Under the pieces are notes generated by a model, which saw nothing but the letters and a program-made list of their open reading frames with translations, was not told the DNA's origin and ran no database searches. DNA of 64,000 nt, taken from contig JAYWIR010000013.1 in assembly GCA_036172245.1 (NCBI GenBank), positions 930,001 to 994,000 of the forward strand, written 5' to 3'. The position numbers and the translations under genes are program-made. Origin of the DNA: Raillietiella orientalis (taxonomy: Eukaryota). Shown here one piece after another: positions 12,321 to 24,800 of this stretch. The stretch's first letter is position 1. Each line of letters opens with the position of its first letter.

Positions 12321-13189
12321 CCGGATCGGAAGAAATTTTCTCAGCCGATCGGAAAACGGCAAGATCGCCAATGGATGCCTCAGGGCGAGCATAAAGGAAC
12401 ACCATGTGCTTCGGGCGCGCGCGCAAGAAACCCGTGGGTTCCCCGAAGAAGTTCCTTGATAGGAAAATCACCCTGAGATTGGGCGCCGCGCCGTCGTACT
12501 GCTACGGAAAAGAAGTGAGCTGCAGTTTTATTAAATCGGCCACTTCCTTCCACTCACATCGTTCCTACACACAATTAAGGAAAGAATGCAAGAACTTGTC
12601 AAAACGTTTACTCCAGGCGCTCATGCACTGTTTAATCGAACCTGCTTCACCATAATGCCCTCGGGACTTCGCAATGGCCGTCTACTCCTCCCTTGTAGAG
12701 GAGCAGGAACTCCGCCGGTCGGCGGGTAACCCCATTTATAACGAACCTCGTTAGCCGCACTTGCAAGGCCGGCAAATGCACCCACGGCTTTCCGCAAACG
12801 GGAAGCCGCCCCCGCCGCCGCATTAAGCGTTTGTTTTATTCCTCCCATTACGTCGCGCTCACCACGTGCATAACGAGGGAAAGCTGGAATGGATCTCGAT
12901 TGGCACATTAAAATTCAATTATTCTGGGAGATTCAGGTTTGCTGGTTTGGTCGTAGTGGGAGGGGGGGGGGGGGAAGAGAGACGGTTCTAGCTTTTGGAA
13001 CGTACGCCACTTGCGTTTTCAAGTGCTTCGACACTAATTTTTTTTTTACGTTACACTCCCACGGAGAAGCTTCGTCAGCTCTGAAGACCAGTCTCACACA
13101 TCTCTGCATTTCCTAGTCCCTCACAAGGCAGAGATGCTCAGGATTGCGTGTTTCGCTCAAGCCGGTCCAGACAGGATGACCTGAACGTT

Positions 13190-13470
13190 GCCTCCGCAAC
13201 GCAAAAGGGAACTTACGGGAGTCAACTCGCATTCAGCGCGGAGATGCAACTTTGCACCTGCCATTTTGTTTTTCAGGCTTCTCTTTTCTTGTTTTCCATT
13301 TTCTTCTTCTTCAAGCTTCACAAACTGTTCGAGAAGAACGGAGCTTCCTGTGAACGGCCGACGATGTCGGACGCTGGACTGTGGTTCGCGTTCTCCAGCG
13401 TAGAATGATGGAACTTTGGAAGTCACCTTCTGCTGATCGAACAGAGAGGCCTTTCGCTCTGCAGACGTCC
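13190..13470 (-). pseudogene. Possible MADF/Myb-SANT relic (Harbinger accessory gene)
   Basis: SLFDQQK...KRSLKNK(W) spacing resembles MADF; lies next to the Harbinger transposase relic. Confidence 0.3.
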
Positions 13471-13832
13471 CCGGGACACCAGCCATCTCTTCTTTTCGTC
13501 GTTCCTGCTGCCCGGTGACCGTTTTCGACGGGGTTTTTAGGGACTCAGAGGAGACCTCAGTTCCGCCAACGCGGCTCCACCTCTCATGCATTTATCACCA
13601 GAATTTATGAAATAAATAATCCATAAGCACCGCGCAGCAGGTAGAAAAGTACCAGTGGTTTCACAAAGAGGAAAAGGGCGTGATTGACCGGAGGACTGGT
13701 CAGATTTACTTCCAGAGGCCTATCGATGTCTCAGGCCATCCAGAGACGGATCGAAGCTGCAATTCTGCAAACCTCATAATCAGGTCATGAGCAATCGGAT
13801 GGTGATAGAATGATTGAGAGGAAGATGATAAT

Positions 13833-16800
13833 TATCACGCGGCTATGCCGGGGCATTTATTATTACATAACATAATAAAAATGCATTTGTGTGGAATGCA
13901 ATGAACCTGCTGAAGAGCGGTGCGCAGGCCGGCGAGGTTCCGCTTTGGCAGAGTGGGAGAGCGAAAACGAAAACAAAAAAAAACAAACAAAACAGGGGAG
14001 GGAAATGTTACACGAGGAGGGGAGGGGGGGACCGAGGAAGGGGTCACACAGTAGGCTTCCTCAGCATCCTGCTCAGGATGCCGGCAAGTTCCGTCCGTAT
14101 AGCGCCCAGGCGGGGCCATCTGGAAGTGGTCTTCAGGAAAGGTCTTCCGCGCCCAGTGGACGGCGTCCCGGACATTTCGACCACTTCTCCCCGCGTTCCA
14201 GGCCACCACCGTCCCGCGAACGGACAGCAGAGAACTGCGAGGGATGAGACTGGCAACAGAGCGGAGCCGCGCACGAAGAGGCGTTTCAAAACATCAATGG
14301 GGGGCCGCCCACCGGAGTTCCTAAGATCGTCGCCAGGAGATCCCAGAGGAGTCGGACAGTCCAACAGCAAGTGCGAGAGGGTCTCCTTCTTCCGCACCTG
14401 TCGCGCTGAGCGTCCGCGCCCTTCCGTGTCCAGTGGTGAACGCGCTCTTTGCACGGGATTCTTTCCCTCCGTGCACCACCAGCAAAGCTGACTCCTACCG
14501 CTTGAGGAGGGGAGGCGCCACTGCTCCAGCACGCTGCGGAGGGGTCACTTCAACTCCTCCGGAGGGATGCCGAGCAGCTCTTCCCAGCGTGGGAGTCCTT
14601 GGGGTGGAACACTCGGGGTCGCAGCGTCCGTCACCTCCCGAGTTGTCGGCGCTCCCACAAGTTTCGCCTTTGCTGCTATGCAGCGCGTCACTTCCCATCT
14701 TACCGGGATCACGCTGTCCCTTGCGTCGCTTAGGGAGGGCAACAGCGGGGCAACGGGGGTGGGGGTGGATGAGGTCCACTGCAACTTGAGCAGGTTGCTC
14801 ACGACCTCCTCCAACGACCTGCAAGCGTTGCAGGCAGGCGTACCCCACCTCGAACCTTTTCCCAATTGACTCCTAGATCCAGGCAGTGCAGTTCTCGCGG
14901 GGAAGCGGGAAATCCAGGTGTTCTTCTCCACCAGGGCAACCATCTGGAAGAGTTGGTACATCCTCAACGTCACCTCGGCAAGCTCTCGTGAGCGACAAGG
15001 AGGGACACGAGTCCCTCGTAGCCGGTTGCGCTCTTCTCGAGGAGTCGTGACGGCGCTCACCAGGGCGTGGTCCATAGTCTCGCCGCGAGAGCGACTCTTC
15101 TGACCTGGACCTTATGCTTCATCCTCCCCAGAGTAAGGGGGACCAGTCCACCATCCTCACGCGGAGCACGCAAGTCTTTGAGTCCGACTCTGGACCTCCC
15201 TTTGCCCCACTGGGCTTTTCTCAGGAGGTCCTCGGTCCGTTTTCTGATGCCCGAGAGAAGGGGGGAGAGAGGCAGGAGGAGCAAACAGAAAGCAGGGGCG
15301 GAGGAGGAGAGTCGCGAACGCGTTACACACAGCGGGTGTCTCCGGCAAGAGAAACGTGCCCTTCCGCAACGGACCTAGCGACATCTGTACCTTTTGGAGG
15401 AGGCCGGACCAGGATGCTTCTGCGACGCGGAAGCATCCCTCCCCCGTCCCCCAACGGAACACCAAGGTGCTGCAAGTACGCGCCCGTGGGAATCTTCAAG
15501 CGGATCGTGCAGTCCGGCCGTCTGCCCCACGCAGCACCTACCGGCACCAAGGACGACTCCGCCCTGTTCGCCTCAAGGCTTGCGCCTCGACTTAGCAACT
15601 CGAAGAAGTCCTCGAGTGCTGACGCCGAGGTAGTCGTGAGGAGCAGCAGCAGAAGATGATGATGGCAAATCCCTTGGGGTTCTTTTCCTGTCTTCGCTGC
15701 TTTCGTTCCAGCTTTTTCTTCTTTTTTTGTTTGGTCCACCAAGCGCTGAGGAACCGTCCGCCTGCCTCAGAGGGACTCACGGGGCTCTTTGACGCTGTCC
15801 AAGCCATCCGAGGGTGCGTGCAGTAACTCTCCAAGTTATAGGGAGCAACGCCCGAGAAGAATCCAGGAAGGGTCCCGGAGGAAGGAGTCCGTTCCTCTTG
15901 CGCTTGGGAGGGAACCCCGTGACTCCCTCTGAGTCGAAGAGAACCCTCCACTCTGGTTGTGTCCCAAGGGAACCCCGAAGGGAAACTCTTTCCTTTTTCG
16001 CTTTCGGGAAAATGAGGAAGGAGAGAGTCACTCCTCATTTCTTGTGCGGAGGGAGGGAACCCGCAAGGGAACTGCTCCCTGCTTCCTCCTCCTCCGAAGA
16101 GAATCCCGAAGGGACGCTTCCCGGTTTCCCTGAAGGGAGGACGCTCTTCTTCGCAGTCTGGAGAGGCGGCATCCATCCACGAGCTGCACGGTAGGAGATG
16201 GAGTGCCTCCCCTGAAGGGGGACGGGACGTCTCCATGTTCACAACTGGAGAAGAGAACCTCCAAGGGCTCCTCGAGTCGTGGAAGGACCCCGGAGGATTG
16301 ACTTGCAATGCCGGCCAGTCATCGGGGGACATCCGGTTTCCACGAGCGCCGCACCCGGAGCCTCCATGGTCAGCCAGAGTCACCTTGCGGGGAGATCTGG
16401 AAGCCATGACGCACCTCCCATTTCTCCGGTGTCGGTCCTTCCCCGGGCGGGATTCGAACCCGCGACGCTTGGTAGTGCCACGCGTGGAGACCGCAGCCAC
16501 GCGTCTCCCGACGCGTCCTCGGCGTTTTCACGTGGAACCGGCGAGGAGATCGCGCTTTCAGGAGAGCCTCCTGGAGACTGCAGGTTCGTTTCGAGAGGAA
16601 AGCTGGAGGGAAGGGAGCGGAGGAGAATCCTGGGAAAAAGGGAGGATTGATCCCACACCGCTCGCCCGTCCGAGCCCGAGCCCCCCGTGGCGTCGGCAAC
16701 CGAACTCAGGAATCCCGGGTGTGGTAGAGCACCCGCGATGAGCCCTACCGGTCGCGCACCACCGAGGGGGAGGAGACCGCGCGATGGGTTCTCGGCAGGC

Positions 16801-17700
16801 GAGGAGGCGCACGGAACCCTCGCCGACCTCGGAGCAGGGAAGTAGATGGTGAGAGGACGCCGGTTCTCCCAGCCCGTCTGCCGCGAGCGAGCGACAGGCG
16901 GCAGAGAGGACAGCCCGTCCGTCGCTCTGGTGTGCGTGAAAATGCCGCGGCGTCTTGGAGACGGCCGTGGCATTTTCACGCCCTCCCTCTTCCCCAGGAG
17001 CGCACGAAGACCGGCACTGGAAAAGCCAATCCGCGCTTCATCCGGCTTTTCGATCTGGAGATGCGATCTTCGAGAGGCGCAACCGGAACACTCTTGGTCT
17101 GGGAAAGCAGCAGCAGTAGCAGCAGCAAGGGGACGGTGGAGGTGGCGGTGGTTGCGGGGCAGAGAACCGGGGCGCGAGTGAGACCGTGGAGGAATATCAG
17201 CGCTCAGTGTACCGCGTCCAGACCATTTCGGCCTCCTTTCCCGGGCAGACATCACCCCGCGAACGGACAGCAAGCGGACTGCGAGGGACGCGGAAGGAGG
17301 CAGCGCGACACCGCGCACGAGGAGGCGTCGTTGGAACCGCCCGCCGCGGTTCCCAGGATCGTCGCGAGGCGGAAGTGGCTGGTGTCATCGCAAAGAGAAT
17401 CCTTCCTTCGGGGGAAAGAAAGCAATGAGGTGCACGACTGAAAGAGCTCCAACAGCGACCGCACCGATGGATGCACGAAGGACCGTGCATTGGCCCCATC
17501 CTGGAGGGAAAGCGGGCCAGGAACGGGGGGGGACTCCCCGCCAGATGAAGAGGGAAATGGGTTGGTCGTCACGACAAGCTGCCCGACATTGGATGCGCCG
17601 ACGTGCTCGAAGACACCTCTGCCGTCCAGGAGCGCCGGAGCTGCCAGGTGCGCGCGCCTGTCCCGACCCGCCTCTTCCCTAGCATCGGTGGCGCTCAGGC
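13833..17700 (-). mobile_element. Near full-length degenerate L1/Tx1-like LINE, with a nested 3' fragment at ~17100-17420
   Basis: ORF1-like LVVTTNPFPSS..CIHRCGRC, EN remnant (NGRCV..TLADH), RT 6/7 motifs, DLRAPREDGGL, KETLSHLLLDC, RWPRLGAIRTELAGILSRM, then AATAAA and hairpin at 13836-13861. Confidence 0.82.
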
Positions 17701-19019
17701 GTCGTTCCGCTACGGGCCCTGGCCAAAAGGCAGGCGTGCGCAGAAGGAAGCTGGGGTTCCTTGGCGTCCGTCATCCTCCCGACCCGCGGAGGAAAGTCTC
17801 CTTCCCTTCTCCCTTTCCCCAGGAAATTTGGCGGCTGGACCGTTGGAAGATCGCCCTTCCCGCCCACCGGTAGATTTCCGACCCGCGTCGGCAAACAGGC
17901 GACGAGGGGAACTGTGCGTTCCTCCTCCCTGTGCGCGAGCAAGGACGGCGTTCGATGAAGGACGGGAAGGGCCGGGACTCGGGGGAGGTGGCGCGAAGAG
18001 GAAGCCGGAGATGACGTCTCGTCCCGCGGCCGCCCATCCGCTCTCAAGAGGGATGTCGCGTGCGACGGGCGTCACGCGTTTTCGGTTTCCAGGCGTGGCG
18101 CCTTCGCGTGAAGGGACGCGCGCGCGCGCGGAAGCGGGAGGGGGAGGGAGGGCTTGGAAGATGGGCGCGCCCGCCTGAGAGCACGCGATGATCCCTCTCC
18201 CCCCGCACGAGGAACTGCGGGGAAAAGAGCTCTGGAACCAGGACGCTCCCGGTTCGCCCGCGGAGTGGGGCGGAACGCTGCGAGACCCTGCTGCACGTTC
18301 CCGGAAACGCTGGAAGAACATCCGCAGTTCCGCGACCCTCCACCCTTACTGAGACAACCGTCCGTTACATTCCGGGAACCGGAATTTACTGGAACGAACT
18401 CTTGGATTCGTAGATGCATTTTTTTTCTTTAGAATTCGTCCCGCGTTCCACTGGAAGGTCCGTGCTGCCGGTGGTCGGTCACGTCGCCAGCAAGCGCCGC
18501 CTGAGACGCCTGCCGTGCGAGACATCCGGTCGTCGTCGCGGATTCCCTCCAGCCTCCCCAGCCCGGAGGGAGGCGCACGCCACACACCGGAAGCACGCGT
18601 CACGGCGCTTCCGGTTCACCCTCCACCCCATCCCACCCCTCTCCCCTGTCTCGAGCTGGCCGTAGAGTTCCAAACTCTGCGGTCGGCGGACGCACCGTCA
18701 TCTTCGTCCCGCCTGCAGGGCGAAGGATGGGTTGGCTCCTCCTCACGGAAGGGCGCGGCGGTATGCCCGGCAGACAGGCGTCTCGGCGGCGCGTTCGCCC
18801 TCGATGCAGCCTCACGGAACAGCAGCCAGAGGGGAGCTACTCCGAGATCAGACCGAGGCGCAGTCCCTCGGAAGGGAAGGCGACGCCGTTTCCAGGGAGA
18901 CCGCAGACGGTGTCGGTGTCAAGGATGCAGACATTCCATTCGTGAACGATCCAGCTCCCGGCCAATCCACGGGTGTTTCGTTTCGGTCCGCCTTCTATCG
19001 CAGCCAAGCGGCCTCCAAA

Positions 19020-19340
19020 GTGGCTAGTGCCGAGCGCCGCGGAATCCCTGCGTGGAGGACGCACTCCCAGCAGTACGGGGGGGCGTCGTAGGTTCCAAGT
19101 CACCCCGTAAGATGATGCTGGCTGGCCGCTACGCTCCCGGCGCGAAATTGGTGGAGACCTGCGGATGCTCCTCCGTTGGCTGGCCAGCACTGCAAGTAGG
19201 CTCTCCGCGGTCCTTCCATGAATCGGGCATCCGTTCCTTTCGGGGTCCCTCCCTCTCCAGTTGTGCCGATGGAGCCGTCCTGGATCCATAAGGTGGTCCC
19301 TCCGGGGTTGCCCCCACCACCCACCTCAACTAGAAGAGTG
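19020..19340 (+). mobile_element. L1/Tx1-like endonuclease fragment
   Basis: GGVV..KMMLAGRYAPG followed by the GTCCTTCCATGAATC block shared with other copies. Confidence 0.55.
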
Positions 19341-19850
19341 AAACGCACCCCAAGGTGGCGAGGGCGGCGCCAAAGAGCTCTTCCGCGAGTCCCCCGTAAG
19401 GAGGAGAGGCTCTCCAGCATTCCTTGGGGACCAGGAAACGGGAATTGGCTCCGAGGACGACGTTAGCGCTAACGGACGCCCCTCTTCCTTGGGAGAGAAG
19501 GAGGGAGGGCGCCGACCTCCTCGCCGCCTTCCGTCACGCGGCTTTCTGGGCGCCGTCCGGCACCGGATGGGGTTGGACAGATCCCAGAGGCGTCGCCGCC
19601 ACTGGCCACGACCGTCCGCTCACGCCGTCTCCTTGGTGGAGTCGGGTCGGGAGTCTACGTGCTGTTCCGGGCACGACGACAGCAGGAGCAGCGGTCCGCT
19701 CGGAAAGACAGGAGGGGGAGGGCAGGAAGGGAGGTCAGGACGTGGGTGGAACTCGTGGTTGACTCTCGCCGGTGAAGAATCGGTCGGAAGCATCGCGCTG
19801 CAGCAGATCGCGGCCCGACGCAGCACGCGTGGCCCCGGGCGCAACGTTCC
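19235..19850. repeat. Inverted repeat pair C, arm 1 (partner ~38903-39518)
   Basis: ORFs 19424-19762 and 38991-39329 differ at only 2 of 112 residues. Confidence 0.95.
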
Positions 19851-20100
19851 TCGACCGGGGGTGGACGAACACGTCCCGCAGCGCTGGACTAGATCCCTCC
19901 CCGGGAGCTTAGAGGAGAAAGCGCATGGGAAGGTCTTCCGATCGAGGGCGCACTGTCGCCGAATTCGCGGACTGCCGCCGAAGAGAGGATCGGAGGACGT
20001 GTCTCATGGCCGGAGGAAGCTGGGGAGTGCGCGGAGGAGTAGCTCTGTCTTACCGGCCCTGGGGGGAGGGAGGGAAACTCCGCTTTGCTAGAGGGCGGGA
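19480..20100 (+). pseudogene. Decayed RLE-clade RT fragment
   Basis: APDGV (~PGPDG) and PGVDEHV (~GCxEH). Confidence 0.35.
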
Positions 20101-20379
20101 GGGATGCTGCTCAACATCCCCGTCTTTGTCGGGGTGAAGCTCTTCTGAGAGTGGGTGACCTCAGTCGCTCTGGAACGCTCGCCTTCGGGTACCATCAGGA
20201 CCTTCCAAGGCGTCGAAGGTGCGGCTGATAGAGATCTCTGCAACAGCTGCACAGATCCCGTTCGACCTCTCTCTTCCTGTCCCTGCCCTGAGCAAGCCAT
20301 TGCCGCGAGAGACCCATCCGCCCTATTCCTTTGCTCCCTTCCTTGTTTATGTTTTCACTAGCCGTCCTTCCCTACCTTC

Positions 20380-21145
20380 CACCTTCCCCTGCGCTGGGGC
20401 GAGCCACTGGGATTTCCAGTGGAAGATCTGCAGTGACCCCCGGTGCTCATGGGCACCCGCATCCTCCTTTTGAAGTGACAGGGGTCGGCGCTGCTGCTGC
20501 TGCACGAGGGCTTCCCATGCAACCCTTTCGGCATCAGTGGACACGGAAGGGGGGCGACCCCAACTGTGGCAGGTGCGGGGAGCGTGAATCCCTCCCGCAT
20601 CTGCTTGTGGATTGGATTGCCCTCCGGCACCTTTGGGAACGCCTTGTCGCGACCCTAGGAACCCCCAGTGGCAACTCCAGGGACGCTTTACGGCACCTCC
20701 TCGTTCGCGACGCCTTTCGGCCGGCAGTCTCGCCAGCAGCCCTGTGCTGCCTACGCGGGATCGTCTCTGCCTGGAGCGATGCAAGAGGAGGGCACGGCAG
20801 CAGGGATGCCACATCCACTTCGCCATCCGATTCACGAGGATGGCAACGAGATGGTCCCCATCTGAAGGACAGCATACAGCAAGAGCTTGACGGCATCCTC
20901 GAAAGGATGCAGAAGACCACCCCCTACAAAACATGACCTTTTCCCACACACCCAAGTTCATTTATTTATTTTTTTGTTTCTTTTTTTCTTTTGTTCGATC
21001 CCCACCCTTCCTGCTGCCGTGGCGGACCTCACCGGTCTGCGAACCGTTGAAATGGACGTGGTTCGACCACCGGTCCAACCACAGACATTGCAAATGTTTA
21101 TTTTATTTATGTATGAAAGGAACGCCTCGGAATACCCGGGTGATA
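20380..21145 (+). mobile_element. L1/Tx1-like 3' fragment
   Basis: PNCGRCGERESLPHLLVD, RWSPSE/DSIQQELDGILERM, T-rich UTR, terminal hairpin 21123-21142. Confidence 0.85.
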
Positions 21146-24049
21146 ATCCACCCCCTCCCTAGACGAGTATATTGGCCACGCGGCATGGGGGAGGAGGTAG
21201 CAGACAAAAATAAACGGATGGACGCGTGCTGGGCGGAGGAGGACTGGGGTGGTGAGGGCTGGTGCCCGTTCAGCCTGAGGATGATTGCGTGCCCAGTGCT
21301 GATCCACCTGCTCGTTCCCCGGGGATGCCAACGGTTAGGGTGATTCCGCGTTGTCGACCGCCCGCCGCTAGGACGTGCTCCCTCCGTGCCGCTCATGCAG
21401 CTCCACCTTGTGGTCCCTGCGGCTGGAGGAGGCCGCGCTTAGGGGACCGTGGGAAACGTCATTGGGGTGGAGGGGGGTCACCACGAGACGCTTCCACCCC
21501 TGGAGCAGGTGCAGGTGGTGGTGCCGGGAACCGTTCCTTCGTCATTCTCCCGGGGTCTATCCTGCATCTTGTGCCGCTCAGGATGCCCCAGTGGCAGGAA
21601 AAATACACTGCCTCGTGCTGCCACCTGAGCGGGGAGTTTCTCCACGTGGGAGCCTGTAGGCCTGCAGTCCTACTTCAGAAGTTTCCATATCGACCAGGAA
21701 TCTGCTCTCATCTCAGCCTGCAGTGCGCTCGATGGAAATTCTAAGCATCCTCGGAAGCCCCACGTGTGCCCATTCGGGAGTCGCAAGGCTCTTGCAGAAA
21801 CATCAGACTCCCTCTATGCTGTAGTTTTTGCGCACGTCGCTAGATGACATCTCGCGAAGTTTTCCCGTGCGGACACGTTGGACCCTTGAGGTTGGTGGGA
21901 CTCGGCTAGAACTCAAAAATCTACAAAGACTCCGCACCACCGCGGAGCCGAAAGGAGCGTCCGGCCCTTACCGGGATACGTTCGTAGCCGGACGCTACCT
22001 TGGTCCGTGGGAGGCCTCTCGTGAGAGTTTGTGGAAGGCTCTTCACTCGCTGTTCCTGAAAAATCCCCAGGAGTCGGGCGTTTCTCTGAACCGGCTTAAA
22101 CCGGTACGCACCCTCCGTGGAGGGCTGTGGGAACGCGCCCCTGGAGCGCGCTCAGCGGGGGACGCAACCCGCGATTAGCTCACGCAGGGCTACCAGTCCG
22201 GCCGTTCCTCGCATGGCCTCCGACAGGGTCATGCGAGCCGCATGAATGGCACGCGAATCAGGACGGGCACAGCTCATTCATCGGTGAGTGGGAAAATGGC
22301 TGGATGTCTCGTGCAGTCCCGCGCAGGTCACAGCCCTTTCCTGACCCTAAGCGCCCGGCCGAGCAGGGATCGCCACGCTGCCGTCCGCGGTGCACACTGA
22401 GCAAGGCAGTTTCGACTGCTGGTTGGGTCGGAAGTCGCCTCAGCGGCGGGGTCGAAGGTCCAAAAGACCGACGCGCCAAGAGGAGGTTCCCCCTTCCCGA
22501 GGTACGCACCCGCTGCGCGTACCGCGGGTCTGCAGGTACCGAACGAGTCCGCAGGACGCTTCTCCCGCCTCCGTGCATGCGCCTGCGGGCATCGCGGGAA
22601 TTTCCTCTCTTTCTTTTTTTTCCCCTCCTACCTCGCGCAGGGCTTCCCGGAGGCAAGGAGTCGCCGGGGGCAGTCGTCGATGCGGGAGTTGCCGGCCTCC
22701 TGCAAGAGATCCACGAAGGTCGAAACATCCGGTTGAGTGACCTCGCCCCAGGTACGGTCTCTGCCGAAAGCTGCAGGCATTCATTACACCGAGTGCCCGA
22801 TTCGGCCATCAGCTCCAGTCCAGGACTCCTTGAGGAGGTGCTCCGTTTCCGAAAGCTATCGGACTGTGGTGGGGAAACGGCTGGAGAGGGTCCAAGGGCA
22901 CAGGACTCACTGCCTGCCCGCAGAGAACTCTGCCTGGGCAGTGTACTGCTTTGAGGCTGTTACGAGCTGCAGCGATTTCAGCAGCTTTCCTCAGTTCTTC
23001 CATGCTGTTCCTCCCCCTCCCTCCCTTCTCTCTCCTCCTCTTTCTCCCCTTCCTTCGTTATTCCTTCTCGCTTCTTTCTCCTCCTCCTCTTTTTTTTCTT
23101 CCCTTCTCCTGTGTCTCTCCTCCTCATTCGCAGTGGCCGGATTTATTGCAACGGGAAATCTTGGAGCACCTGCAGGCGCTTCCGTGCGAGCAGGAGGCAG
23201 GTGGCGCTGCCCCCCACCTGCAAACGATTAAAAGCTCGTTGGTCCTCTCGCGCCGTTCCCTCCTTTCCTCCTCTTCCCCCGATCCCCTCTCCGAGAGCAC
23301 CGCCCCGATCTGCAGCTGTGGGCGCTTGCGGCCGCCAGTCCGCGACGACGCGCCGCTTGGCGGGGAAGGAGGGAATTGTCCTCCTTCCTCGCCAACTTGG
23401 ACCCGAGGGAAGCGGATTGAGTTCCTACCCCCCCACCCCCCTCCCGGACGAAAGGGCCCCTCGGCTCTGCGGACGCCGCTTTCCCTGTCGAGGAGAAGCG
23501 GCGCTGCGGCCGCCGGCGCCGGAGCGCTGCGCCCTCTCGGTCAGTAGCGACCCTGCGGCTCTCGCTCGCACCGGATCCGGTGACCTGGTTGTGCGCGACC
23601 GGAGAGCGGAGGAGAGGGAGGCGCCCCGCCCTTGACGCCGCGGGGCTTGCGACCCCGCTCGCCTCCGGGGCGCTCCCTGGAGGGAGACTCCGAACTTGTC
23701 GCCGGAACCCCGGATGCGAGAGAACGGAACTTGACCCTGGTTCAGGTCGAAGGAGCCCGGGGCAGATGCTCCTCGCTCTATTTTGACCCCTCTTGGTCTT
23801 GGAAGAGGTTGCGAGATTGGGAGTCCTTTCTTCACTTTTGGCAGCAGATCAGGGGTGGACAGACCCGTTCGACCTCCGTGCTAGCATCATGCGCTCCCGC
23901 CCCGACTGCTGCTCAGGAAGGCCTTCGGGTGGGAGTCCCGGAGCGCCAGCTGATGCCGCCGCTGCTGTTGGTGCAGATATGGGTCGCCTGGGATCCCAGA
24001 GCGGAAGGGCGGGAAGCGTCCCCAGCAGCTTTTTGTGTGTGTGTGTTTG

Positions 24050-24800
24050 CTCCCCGACCGATCCAGGAACGAGGAGACGCGGGAGGAACTGCTGGGTCGG
24101 TGTCGCCTCAGGGCAACGTGAAAGACGGCGCAACATCCTGAAACCGAACGGGAGAGTCTTGTGCGACATTGCGAGAGAGGAGGAAGACCATACGGAGCGA
24201 AGAGCTTGGAGAGGCCACTGTCGCACTGCGACGGCTTCGCCCCCACTCGTCGTCGCTAGCGCTCTTTGGATACCTCCCTCAGATCCACGCTCTTCCTCGT
24301 TGCCATTGGCTTGCTGGAGGGCAGCGCGCCGCTTTGAATCATCGTCTGGAAGTCCGGGGAGACGTAGCAGACGGCAGTAAATAAATGGTTACCACTACCC
24401 AAGACATCCACGGCGGCGAGCCGAGGTCCGCAGGCCCCATCGTCAGCAAAAGCCTGGAGAAGAAAAGTGGTCTAGCGCCTCTGGAAGCGCCAGGAAGGCT
24501 CTCGTGCATGGCTTCACGGCCTGGCTCACCGCCACACTCCACTCGTGATTTCCCCGGGAGACGGGACGGTCCGCGAACCCTACGGGCATTCGCCGACGGC
24601 CGCGGGAAGGCTGGAAGGACAACCGACGACTCGACACGGCCCCACATGCAGAGCAGAGCGGCTCCTGTAAGGCGCCAACGTAGGGGGGGAGGGGCGCTGC
24701 TGCAAACCGGAAGGACGAAAACCCTTGCGAGCTTGCGTGCGCCGGGCGATGCGTGCGCTTATCTCTTCTCTGAGGTGGCAGTGTGGACCAGGAGGGAGCC
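24050..24800 (+). pseudogene. Possible decayed non-LTR RT fragment
   Basis: LALFGYLPQ (~AFGSVPH) and AYL near 24760; weak. Confidence 0.25.

Noticed and set aside
16436..16512. tRNA/SINE-like motif (GCGGG TTCGAAT CCCGC T-arm; TGGTTAAGGC at 10638), also at ~10625, 27400, 31060, 41060 and 42415
   Set aside because: No anticodon arm or full cloverleaf. In the better-preserved copies it sits collinearly inside the endonuclease remnant just after the LQExH-like block, at the expected S-G-xxx-RG position, and homology continues upstream. A tRNAscan-SE or Infernal hit would reopen this.
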